Of a stretch of 64,000 nt of DNA, positions 46,279 through 57,935 are shown piece after piece. Location of the stretch: assembly GCA_964188305.1 (NCBI GenBank), contig OZ076901.1; one strand, written 5' to 3'. Position 1 is the first letter of the stretch; every line of letters begins with the position of its first letter. The notes under the pieces are model-generated. The model was given only the letters and a program-made list of their open reading frames with translations. It was not told where the DNA came from and did not search any database. This stretch comes from Podarcis bocagei (lineage: Eukaryota). Both the position numbers and the translations under genes were made by a program.

Positions 46279-46439
46279 CTTCTTCATATCATTTTCCAGG
46301 TTTTCCTCTTCTTGGCCTTCAGAAAGACGTCTTCTCAGATCCACTATTTCCCTTTCCACGTTCTCTCGGTATTGGTTCCACTGAGCTCGCTCTTGCTCCA
46401 GCCTGTGATGAAACTGGAGTTCATAGTCACTGACAGTTT
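46279..46439 (-). CDS. RABEP1: RABEP1 exon 4 (ETVSDYELQFHHRLEQERAQW...EENLENDMKK)
   Basis: Acceptor aaacag, donor GTAAAT; 161 nt. Confidence 0.96.
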
Positions 46440-47627
46440 CTGTTTAATAACAACAACAATAACAAGTTGCTCATCACTTCTTTAATCCCCCACATCTTCT
46501 TTAGGTGACAAGCTCATTAAAAGGCTGGTATACGTCCTTAAGATCCTTAAGCAGATTATTTGATGTCCTGCTGAAATCAACAACATATGCAGCTGCCTCA
46601 TACAGAGATAGAATGCTGGTCCATTGACCCTACTGCAAGGGTTCAGAGCCTGGTACCTTCCAGATGTTGTTGGACTACAGCTTCCATCATGCCTGAGCGC
46701 CAACCATGCTGGTTGAGACAGCTGACAGTCAGGATCCAGCAAGATCTGGAGGGCCAAAAGTTGCCCAGTTCATCTACTCCAAGTGGCAGCAGTCCTCCAA
46801 AGCCTCAAGAAGAGGATGGCCTACCCCCAGTCACAGAGAAGCCAGAAACTGAACCTGGGCTTTCTGCATGAAGAGCAATGCTCTACCACAGAGCTATGGA
46901 TCCTCTCCACCTTAGGAACATACTTCCCAAGCAAACAAGTAGGGTTCAGAGGTCACACTGTTATATATTTAGCACATTTCTCACTTGCTATTCAAAAATG
47001 TTCCAGGCTTGACCTGTCCCGGAACTGTAGGGACCCCCACTGAGAAGACCCTCTCATGTGTGAAACCTCTGAGGGCAGTGGAAATCAAATTAAAAACTGG
47101 CCTTCCTTGCCAATCTTAAATCCAGGGCTGGTCTACAAAGATGGAGGTGACAGTTCAGGAATTCGGAAGGCAAATGTTTATTTCTTTTAACTTCTGCTGT
47201 ATTTTTTCCCTTCTGCTGATTGTTTCATAGTTTTGTTAAATACACAAGACTATCTCTTTTCTGCCATTTCTAACTTGCTTGTGATTGAGTCTCTCTCTCT
47301 CTCTCTCTCTATATATAAATTATTTACCTACATTAGCATTTGAAGTAAACTTTAAGAAAAACAGGACAATAATTTGCTAAGTACAGTATAATTAAATGCA
47401 AAATGAGTTTGGGGGCTGCAAAAAGTATAGAAAGCCAGAAAACATACTGAAGAATGACCTCAAATGTCAACGTGAACCTTCCAACGTCAAATAATACACT
47501 CTCGTTTCTACAAGAGATATCTCAAGCATGTGGTTTCAGTGCTACTAAAGCAGTGGTTTGGGGATCAGCGATATCACTGAATATGAAACTTTTTTGATAG
47601 CAATTCACCCATTTCCGTCAGTCCCAC

Positions 47628-47831
47628 CTTTCATGATAGCCTGCAGAGAAGCAACCTCTTCCTGCCATTGCCTCTTCACTTCATCAATAGCTTCCTGCTT
47701 TGTATTTTCAGATACTGTCGCAATGGCTTTAATATTCTCCATTTCAGCCTGGGCTTCCGTAAGCTGCGCTCGCAGTTGCTCCAGATCATCCTGAGCAGCC
47801 TGAAGTACTGCATTTTGCCTCTTCAGATCCT
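47628..47831 (-). CDS. RABEP1: RABEP1 exon 3 (EDLKRQNAVLQAAQDDL...WQEEVASLQAIMK)
   Basis: Acceptor tttcag, donor GTGGGA; 204 nt. Confidence 0.96.
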
Positions 47832-49743
47832 CTGAAATGAAAAGTAGTTCCACTTAAAAGCACAATACATTAATGCAGAGGTTCAAAGTGAAGCCAAGGG
47901 GACAGAACTCCTGCTGTTCCTCATTTTAGGCATAAATGAGTCTGTAAACTCTACACTTAGTTTACTGCTTCATCTAACCAAGAGGATCACTGGCATCTCA
48001 CTTATGCCTCTACCATGCTAGGAGTGGGGAAATTTACCTTATGCTCAGCTATATTTCACAAAAATAATTATTCCTTTGGCTACGAAACAGAACTTCCTAG
48101 TACAAGAACTTCTGCATTACATCACTGCCATACAAGTTCCCTTTCTCCCTTTAGGATTGGTGATATAAAGCTGGCGTGGGAAGCCCTCAGTTCATGGGCC
48201 TAATCTGACTCACCAGGCCTCTTAATCTGTCCCGCAACACTCTCCCTTGGGCAGAAGGTAGATCAAACCTACTGTTAGATTATTGGGTGATTTGCAATAG
48301 ATCGGGCAAGGCGGGGAGATTCTGAAGCACAATTGTTTTAACAATAGCAAGAAATCGATATTTTCCCATGTAAATTAGATTGATGAAATGGAGCAAGCTA
48401 ACTAGGAACAGACTTTGGTATGAAAGGAATATGAGCTCATTCAGTTCTGGTATTGGTACTGATTCCTGTACAGAAATAAATGCCTAGTCTCGGAATATGC
48501 TCATAATATCCTGCTCTTTAAATCTAATGATATATTTTTCTTTGGTGGCTTTGGTTAGGGTTCTAGTACAAAATAAAGTAAATACCACCAGTCTGAAGTC
48601 TCCCCACCCCTGTCACACACCTTCCCCTTAGGCCATGCCCCTCACTTGTACTATTTTGCCGCTTCGTCATACATCAACAGATTGCAGCATTTTACCTCTG
48701 CACTGAGAAAGGGCTTCCCATTTCTCACCACACAGCAGGGAAGCCAAAGTGAGAAAGGGAAGAAAGGGAAGGGAAGGGCGTGTGAATGTGGTGCGAGGGT
48801 TGGTCCTGCCCACTTTGGGAACATGCTCCCCACTTTCCCTGAGAGATTTCAACACGTTGGGGGGGGTGTTCCCCATTCCTGGTGTAAAAGCTTTCTCAAA
48901 CTTTCCATCTGTATAGGAAAGTGAAGTCCAAAGTAATATACAAGTAAAAAATTCCAGACATATCAATGATTATCATTAATGTAGTGGTTCAGGCTTCTTT
49001 GGAATTTCTAAGGGCACATATTTAGGAGTCATGGGAATTTAAGTAGTAGTCTATCTAATTTGATAAGGGCATGAGTCAGACCTGTCTGTGTACTGTGACC
49101 CGGAGCTTGCCAAACTTCTACCAATATGCCCAGGGTGTATTTCACTCATAAAGCCACCAAAGTTTGAGTCTGGTCTCAGATCTTTTCGTTACCAGCTCTC
49201 TTTTCACTACCAACAAGGACATTCTTTGTCTCCAATCTTGAAGTCTGCGATACAACAGTCAACACAAAAACAATGAATACGTTTCCTTAGTAGTCATGGC
49301 ACTTCTATCCAAACAAATGGGATCATCAGCTCCCCATGGAGGTTTCAGGATGACACCAACATTTCCAATCAGTTGATGCTTCCTGAGGTGTTCTCTAAAC
49401 TTGCACAAAGAAGCTGAGCTAAATATAGCTAGACATGTAACTAGATACATCAACCTAATCCACAGGTGTCCGGTGGTTTTACCCACATCAAGAGACAGAA
49501 GCAATGAATGCAAGCACTATATATCCCCATTTTAAGGTGTGATGTTCTGTGTCGTACCATATTCTGGTAGTGACTCATTTTGGAGTGCACAGTTGTGACA
49601 TTCTGCAAGACAACGCATGTAGTTGAAGCCTCAAACTCACAATGTGATAAAACGACACCAAATTAAAATAGCTTATTTGTTCAGTTACTCTAAAGATCAC
49701 ATGAATGTCTACAATTTCTACATTCAGTAAATTTAAGTATTAC

Positions 49744-49869
49744 CTTCTTTAGCCAGATACAGCTCTTTAAATTTTGCCCTCTTTTGATTAAATTCCTGCT
49801 CACGGTGCTGCTTCGTGCGTAGAAATTCAGCATTGACTTTTTCCAGTTCTGCTACTCGTTGAAGGAGAG
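49744..49869 (-). CDS. RABEP1: RABEP1 exon 2 (LLQRVAELEKVNAEF...FNQKRAKFKELYLAKE)
   Basis: Acceptor ttttag, donor GTAATA; 126 nt, phase 1/1. Confidence 0.94.
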
Positions 49870-50062
49870 CTAAAAATGGGCCAATGGGGAGAAAAAAGGC
49901 ACATGACCTCGACAATCAAACGAGCTGCATTTCATCACTTACTCACTAAGGCAAATTATTCTTCAGAAAGGAACATGGCAAAAAGCATAAAGCATAAAGA
50001 GTTTGTCCAGATTGACAGCTTTGCTCTTGGCTAGTTTAATGCTTTAGATACTAACTGGTTTG

Positions 50063-50333
50063 CAGGGCTAGCACAAGACATTTCACTGCCTGAGGCAAAA
50101 GACGAGATGTGCCCTTCCAGTCAATAGTCTCTGGGTTGGGAAATGAACCTTAGTTTCACCAATAGTACATGAACAGCATCCTCCAGTATGTAAGAAAGTG
50201 ACAGGTAAGTTTTGGAGGTGTAGAGCAGGCCACAGAACACACATCGTCAAACTTCTGACTACCATTCTCTGCACCCCCAATATCTGGTGCCTGTGGCAGC
50301 TGCCTCACACTACCTAACAGTAGGGCTAGTTTG
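50063..50333. mobile_element. hAT-like MITE (CAGGGCT-ended)
   Basis: 8-bp TSD CTGGTTTG / CTAGTTTG. Subterminal 'tgcctgaggca' and 'gcagctgcctcac' motifs are shared with 62545-62741. Confidence 0.6.
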
Positions 50334-51041
50334 CTAGTTTGTGTTTTTTAAAGCAACAGATGCCCTTATGGACTGCACCACCAACTCTAGCCCTCATGTC
50401 TTCCCCTGGACTAGAAGGAACCAGCACAGGTTAGTATGAATCCTATCTGACTTTTATCAATTATTTGACTTTTGGAAGACACCTGAAGGCAGCGAAGTTT
50501 TTAATGCTTGATGTGAGTGGCTGGGGCAACACAGTCAGATGGGCAACATATAAATAATGGGGGGGGGGTGTCCTGTCCTGTTTTATAGTTATCATGTTGT
50601 GACAAATCAATACTTAACCCACTGCAAAGCCTTCACTTTGAAGCACAAAATATGCAGGGTGGTAATTCTGTACACAGAAGCTGCCTTTGCTTCTTCGCTT
50701 ACATTAGGGAAGAGCCATAGCTCAGTGGTACAGTACATGCTTTGCAGAAGGTCCTGGGTTCAATCCACAATAACTTCATTTTAAAAGGTGATAGGGAAAA
50801 CTACAGCCTGAGACACTGGAAAACTGTTACCATATGATATGTCAGGATGATCAGGTGCATTTTACATCCTTTTGCACCTCTCAGATCAAAATGTATCAAT
50901 CACTCTCAGTGTGGCAAAGCACTGTGCTGCAGAAAGCAAAACCCACCAGGAACTGACTTCTGTAATTTTCCACTGTGGAGTTTGTGACATGGCTACTATT
51001 ACTCTGTAAAACACTGAAGCCCATTTTATTCTATCCTACTA

Positions 51042-51281
51042 CAGCGATAGCTCGGTTTACAAACTTAATCCATTCCGGAAGTCCGTTCTTAAACAGAACT
51101 GTTCTTAAACCGAGGTGCACTTTCCCTAATGAGGCCTCCTGCCGCCGGTGCCCTTCCACCGTTCAGATTCCGTTCTTAGACCAAGGTAAAGTTTGCAAAC
51201 CAAGACACTACTTCCAGTTTTGCAGAGTTCATAAACCGAATAGTTCGTAAACAGGGCTGTCCTTAAACCGAGGTATCACTG
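51042..51281. mobile_element. Tigger/pogo-like MITE
   Basis: 18-nt TIRs CAGCGATAGCTCGGTTTA / TAAACCGAGGTATCACTG (2 mismatches); TA on both sides. Confidence 0.85.
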
Positions 51282-51513
51282 TATACATATCTGAATAAAG
51301 TGTTCTATTTGCTTCTTATTTTGCTTCTTTAATGCTGGTCAAATACTGTAAAAATAAGTATTTGATTTGATTTGCTAGCACAATAAGAGACAGTACTGGG
51401 CTAATGGTCCAACTTAGTTCACCAACTGTGAACAAAACTGAACATGACCATAGTTGGACATATTGCCACAACTGCAGCAGCACGTTTTCAAGTGTTAACA
51501 GAAATTAACAGAA

Positions 51514-51575
51514 TTATTATTACTACTACTACTACTACTACTACTGCCACTACTACTTACTACTACTACTACTAC
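51514..51575. repeat. (TAT)/(TAC)n microsatellite, possibly the tail of an antisense LINE
   Basis: Read directly from the sequence; followed by aatttcttacccgc. Confidence 0.85.
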
Positions 51576-53384
51576 AATTTCTTACCCGCTGATCAACTTA
51601 AGGTCACTGTATTAACACCCCAAGAGGGTCTTGCTTCTCCCATGGCCACAGCATTTGATTCTACCAGAAATTAGGCATGGCTTTGTCTCTCAGCTGCCCA
51701 GTTAGCAGCCTGCTTCTAGCTTCTAACTCACACATCTCAACTACAGCCTTGTCTTTCTAACTACCAGAAATCTGAGGGAGGGGGGTCCACCCACTTACCC
51801 TCTAGCACAAAGCCACTTCTTTCATTTACCTTAAAGAACCATGCTTAGGTCATTACCAAGAAACATGCCTGGCTATTCCAGCAATTGAATTCTTGTTGGA
51901 TCCAGGAATTAGAATACCAGGTGGAGCCTACCCCTCCTCCACCTCACAATAATACCTTTCCAACCAATATTAAAAGTTCTAAGTCACACTAGGCAAGTAC
52001 ATTAACCACAAAAAATTAACCAGCTTGTATCCTGTTTCTATTCTGAGCACCACTTTGGCTCCTGCTAAACCCTGCAGTAAAACTTTCAAATAACAAATGC
52101 ACTTAAAGCACCTTGAAGTATTAAATACCCATTTCATGTATAATAGGGGGGGAATTCAGAAATTAGTTCATACAGTAAGCATGCATGCTATCTTTAAGAA
52201 GAGAAGCACCTGCACACCTATTCTATTCAATCATCTAAACCTTAAAGCTCTATATCTCCTCTATGGTGCCTCTATCAACCACAGAGAAGGTGGCTGCTAT
52301 CAGGAGAAGGCTGCTTCCACCTGCCATGCTATACCCCCTGTTCTAGATGCCTTCATATGGGAGTACCTGTCAGAACTGTGAGGGGGTTTCTGGGTCTTTT
52401 AGGTATTTTAGGTCTGATATAAAAATTGGTGTACATGGATTTCTAGGTACTAACACCATCCACTTTTAGACTACTATAGGATAATATTAATTGTAAGCGT
52501 CATGCTCTGAAATTTCTTTTGATATGTTCTAAATTAGACCGGGCAACCTTTTTTAACCTGAGGGCCTGATTCCCTTGGGCACCTGCTTCTGGGCATCAAA
52601 TACCCTGTGGGGCTGGGGGCCAGAGACAACCTTGCCAGGTAGGCAATTTTCATACATAATTGGGACAGAGATACAGGCAGATTAGATATCACGGCACTAC
52701 CCATTTAGGCTCTATCATGCCATGCACTATATTATATTCCAAGCAGCTATCTCTGGGTTTTCAGTCAATTCATGGAGAAACAAAAACACCATTATCACCA
52801 CACTCTTTCTATTGACATCCTGGTCACCTGCAGTTCCCAAGGTATAAAAGAGCTGAGATTAAGAGACTTACTTAGGGCCACTCAGAAATATCAGGGTTAA
52901 ACTAGAGGCTGGGGAACATGAGAATTCTCAAGTCAAAGTGACTTAGGAAAAAGCATCCCAAAATTAAGTAACTGTTCTGCCAAAATAGTATCAGGCATGC
53001 ATATTGAAACAGAGGACTGTCCCAAACCTCTCTGAACGATCTGAAATATGAAACAAAATTGGTGTCACTATTTATGTAGTTTTCCATCTTAATATTTGTG
53101 CAGCTGTACTCTCACAATTCCACAATGTATTACAATCTTCCATATGTAATTACAGTGGCTATGTATATAGTAAACAAAGCTTGGTAGGCCAAGGGCACTA
53201 ATGCAATACCATCTGACTGAAACAGGAGACACAGAACAAGATGCTTTCTAAGCACTGGAATGAGGTTGCTATGGGGCCCACAAAATTCATGCTACATAGG
53301 AAAACTTATTTCCTACGATATCACTCTCATTCTGCTTTGTTTTTATGTCCAAAAAAAAGCTTGTCATACCAGTTTCTCTGAAGC

Positions 53385-53760
53385 AGACTTCTTATTACTG
53401 GGAGCATTTGTACCCTGCTCTTCAGCCAAGAAGGCTCCCAGAGTGGCTTACATACAATTAATTAAAACAAGACAGTCCCTGACCACAGGTTTATAGTCTA
53501 AAAAATACAACACCCAAGACAAGAGGGAAAGGAAGGAACGAGGAAAAGAAATCAAACTCAGGCACTCATTCTTAAATGGTTGTTCTTGTAATGACCAGCT
53601 TGTGTAGATCAGTGGTAGCAGGTACCTGATGGAGCTGGGCTTTTGGCAAAGATGGTAGAATGAGCCCTGATTCCAACCTCTCCCACTGAGGCAGTCAGAT
53701 GGAACAGCAGCTCCCAGGTGACACTTGAGGGACAGGATTGCTGATGCAGCTGGCCTGTTC
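53385..53760 (-). mobile_element. L2-like LINE 3' fragment
   Basis: atttgtaccctgctcttcagcc...cccagagtggcttaca...acagtccctgacc...tttatagtctaa pattern. Confidence 0.5.
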
Positions 53761-56608
53761 TAATTCAAGAATTCCTAACTATTACTACTTTTTCCTTTTT
53801 CTCCCTCCTCCCCCCCCTCTCTCTTTGCATAGAGCATCTCTTACCACCCAAAGTCTTAAATTCTACTTGAGCCCTCTTAACATGGAATCTGGAGGAGATA
53901 TTGACCTCAGGAAGGAGACAAGCTGCAAAGAGGCTGGAGAAAAGAGAGTATAAAAGGAAGTGCATTTCATGGTATTCAACTCACTCTGTTCACAGCTGTT
54001 CAGGAGCCAAGCTGTTGCTCAAACCCATGGATGGGGAACCTGTGACCCATCTGATGTGGCCGGATGACAACTCCCATCATCCTATCATTGGTCAATCTGA
54101 CCCAACATCTGGAGGGCTATAGGTTCCCCATCTCTGGTCTAGCTTTTGGCTAGGAAACACGCACACCACACACATGATGACTTCCTTTCTTATTCTCCTG
54201 GCCCTCAACCGGCCAGCTGAGTAACACAAGAACCAGTTTTGACTATGCCACATCTTAAAGATGTGTGCCAGCACCAGGATAAACAGCAAATAAGGGAACT
54301 GGCTCACACCCCAAACCAAAATCCTCATACTCTAACCTAACCTAGAGAAGAGCTCTTTTTAAGTAGCAGTCTTCTTGTAAATTGGTTAAGCATAATGAAG
54401 TATGTTGAAACACTTTCTGAACTGTGCTATGAGAAGTAACAACAGACTTCATTCCTCCCACAAGTTCTGAGTGATGCTTTTCAATTAATTTAGCAATTAA
54501 GAAAGTGTAGGTGAAAGAAGAGACTGAGAAAATGCTTATTTGAAAGATAGATTTAGTTCAGGCACTTCAGTGCTAGACACAGCTCTAGTTTAAGCATACT
54601 CGGCATTTGTGCCTAATTAGAAAAACAAAATAAAATTCAGATTTAAAGAGTCTTTAGGTCAACTCAATCTTGGGAGTTAGGGGCTTTGGTAAAGGTGCTT
54701 CATGAATTCCCATTCTTTCAGTTTCATGAACTCTCCACTCACTCCTGGAATCCAAATCTCAACTACCACTTCTTCGAAGGATGGAAGGAATGAGGAAATA
54801 ATTGCCTGACTGCCTAACTTTTGTTAGGGCAGAATCCTATGGCCTTGGGTCAGCCTCCTACTTGAAGCTCCTCCTTGAAGCTGTGGACACTACACAGAAG
54901 ACATAAAGAAGATTTTCTGAAAGCATGTCCGGTTAGATGAGAGATGCTATACTCTGGCCCTGGAGTAGGAACACTTGTTCTGGCCAAGACTGAGGACAAG
55001 GAAAACCACACCTTTAAAAGGGCATGAAAAGTAATAGTAGGAGAAACACCATTTCCTCTCCACCTTCCATCCTGTTGACATGAGCCCAGCACAGCTCTGG
55101 ATTTCATGGTCCTGGGGTTTTACTCCTTTGCCTGATTTGGATTGCTCTACTTGTGAACTTAGTTGGAGGGGGGGGGGAGTCTTTCACATATGCAAAGAAC
55201 TGGGAAACAGATGTTATAGATAGATAATGTCAGCTATACCCAATATATTTGAAACTGGCCAGATTTCAATGGCAACTAAAGTTTCTAGTTTTGCAAAGTA
55301 CATGAAGGCCGCTCCAGAATTTAGGCACAGCTAATTATCCATAGAATTATTTTTGAGCACAGTCTGATTCCAAATTCACAATACAGACATTTTTCCTGAA
55401 TGCAACAAGAACAAAACAAGCCATCACAAGTTCAGAACAACTTAAGTGTAGCTGGACCAAACATTCTGAATGAAGACTGAAAGCCATCTATTGAAACAAT
55501 AGTCCTGAAGAGTAGCTATGCTGGCTACAAAACAATGAGTTCTGTGCCACATTTGAAGGATGATAGATGTATTGCAGCACACCACACAGATGGCCTCCAG
55601 GCAATTGCAAGGCAACCAATGAGTTTTTGTTGGCAACCTTCATGCACATCTTTCACACATAAAATGTTTTGAGCCTTCACCCTATTAAGGAGATTAGAGG
55701 TCGGGTGTGACTTTGAAATCAAGAAGGAAAGATATAACATTCCAGAAGTATTGATCTACAGGCCATTTTATGCCAAAGCTGATAAACAAATCTTGCCTTT
55801 GCCCAACTGAGCCTTACTGAAGTATGCCAGGCCCTAGAGCTATCAAATCATCAGTCAGTGTGATCCATAAGATACCATCCTGTATCTCTCTGGGATCATG
55901 CAATTGGACCACTATGATAACCCCATGCCTCTCAATTGCATCATTTACCTACCAGAGCCCTGTATTGTGCTTCTGCCTCAAATTATTTATTTATGACTGA
56001 AATAGACAGAATGGATTATTTGCTTTCCATCTCATAGACAATTTTGCCCAGTAACTGCCAGCATTTGCTTCTGGAAAACCCTCAGCATTTGCAGCACAAA
56101 GCATGTTTACTCAAAAAATAAAACTTGTTCATCCCTTTAAAGCCTCAGGATGAAAGGAAGCAAGTGTCTGACATGTGTGAGAATGGCTCTCCTCTGTCAG
56201 GATTCCCTAGCAGCATGAAGGCATGAGAAGCCCTTAACCATCTCTGAAGTTTGTACTATAAACTAGTTGCCATCTCAGCTATCTATGTAAACTGGCCCAC
56301 GAATTAAGGGAGAAAATTTTCTAACAGCAGGAAGATTCTGTTTCATTTAGTTTTCTTCTTAATAAAAATTAGACTTGCCCCCCGAAAGGCCTAGAATATA
56401 TTCTCACCCACAATTCAGATTTCAAATGGGCTATGGTATCACAGTTGAACACTTCAGCTCCCATCACCCTTTTGGTTCTCTGTTATGAGGATTTATGTAC
56501 ACATAATCATTCAAAGGGATTATGAAGCTATATTGCTTTTCTTGTCAATCTCCCTTTGCTACCATAGCTCTAAATTGTGTAACAGTCTTGGGTAGTTTTC
56601 ATAGGGTA

Positions 56609-56971
56609 AAGGTAAAGGTACCCCTGCCCGTACGGGCCAGTCGTGTCCGACTCTAGGGTTGTGCGCCCATCTCACTTAAGAGGCCGGGGGCCAGCGCTGT
56701 CCGGAGACACCTCCGGGTCACGTGGCCAGCGTGACGAAGCTGCAGCTGGCGAGCCAGCACCAGCACAGCACACGGAAACGCCGTTTACCTTCCCTCTATA
56801 AAGCTGTACCTATTTATCTACTTGCACTTAGGGGTGCTTTCGAACTGCTAGGTGGGCAGGAGCTGGGACCGAAAGACGGGAGCTCACCCCGCCGTGGGGA
56901 TTCGAACCGCCGACCATGCGATCGGCAAGCCCTAGGCACTGAGGTTTTACCCACAGCGCCACCTGCGTCCC
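56609..56971 (-). mobile_element. Sauria SINE, full length, young
   Basis: Perfect 15-bp TSD AGTTTTCATAGGGTA (56594-56608 and 56972-56986); CpG-rich; close to the 29456 copy. Confidence 0.92.
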
Positions 56972-57693
56972 AGTTTTCATAGGGTAGGAGGCAATAAAAA
57001 AATAGGTTAGGATGGATTTTTAAGTCATACAGTAACTTGAGTCGTCTCTTTCAAAACAGTTAGAAAGTCCCTCAGGGCTTGTATTAACAAGGATAATAAT
57101 CTAGATTAACTAAAGATTTAGAATGAAATCATATTAATCTCTGTATGAACATTCAGTTTAGAGGTGAAGCAATTTGACTTCGCCTGATTTAACTCAGAGA
57201 AAAAACATGAATATTCAGAGCAAGGCCAAATTAACTGGATAATGCTTTGTGTGTTTTATATGTGAATTGCTACCAGATAATTTGCTTTGCATTGCTTTGC
57301 CTTCCAGCAATGTACATGCGCTTCTGTGTCATTCCTGCTCCCACAACAGACCCCTTTGCCCCCCTTGATTCTGTATTCTTCTATAATATCAGGCCAATGC
57401 AACTGCATAACCATATACCAAGCAGGGAGAAAACACACACAGGGACTGGTCACTTATTCCAAGACAATGGCAATAGCAAAGGCCCATATATGATACATGC
57501 ACAGCTATTCCTAAGAACACAAGGATCCTACAGAGGGACGAGAGGAGACAGTTACTGATGTAGTATTAAATGACTGTAAGGGAGCTGGTAGCACCCATGC
57601 TTAGAAACATCAGAATTTCAGCAACCAACCCATTTACTTTGTAGCAGCTCCATGAATGCCAAACAGTTCCACAGCCTACCAGTATATATTATA

Positions 57694-57935
57694 CAGTGGT
57701 ACCTCCGGTTATGAACTTAATTCATTCCGGAGGTCCATTCTTAAGCCGAAACCACTCGTAACATGAGCCGCACTTTCACTAATAGCGCCTCCAGCTGCTG
57801 CCGTGCTGCCAGTGCGCGACTTCTGCTCGCATCCCAGGGCAAAGTTCACATCCAGGAGCCTCTACTTCCGGGTTAGTGGAGCTCGTAACTCAAAGCATTC
57901 GCAAGGAGGACAGTACGTAACACGAGATTCCACTG
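57694..57935. mobile_element. Tigger/pogo-like MITE
   Basis: TIRs CAGTGGTACCTCCGGTTA / TAACACGAGATTCCACTG; TA on both sides. Confidence 0.8.

Larger units (their letters stand above)
21404..49869 (-). other. RABEP1: RABEP1 (rabaptin-5) coding exons 2-18; exon 1 not in window
   Basis: 17 GT-AG-bounded exons join in frame (2540 nt, starting in phase 1). The peptides match rabaptin-5, including DESDFGPLV and the C-terminal Rab5-binding helix. Confidence 0.97.

Noticed and set aside
54860-54930. Possible micro-exon in RABEP1 intron 1 (tgtgtag|TGTCC...TTCAA|gtagga)
   Set aside because: At 28 nt it does not preserve frame, the donor is weak, and there is no other support.
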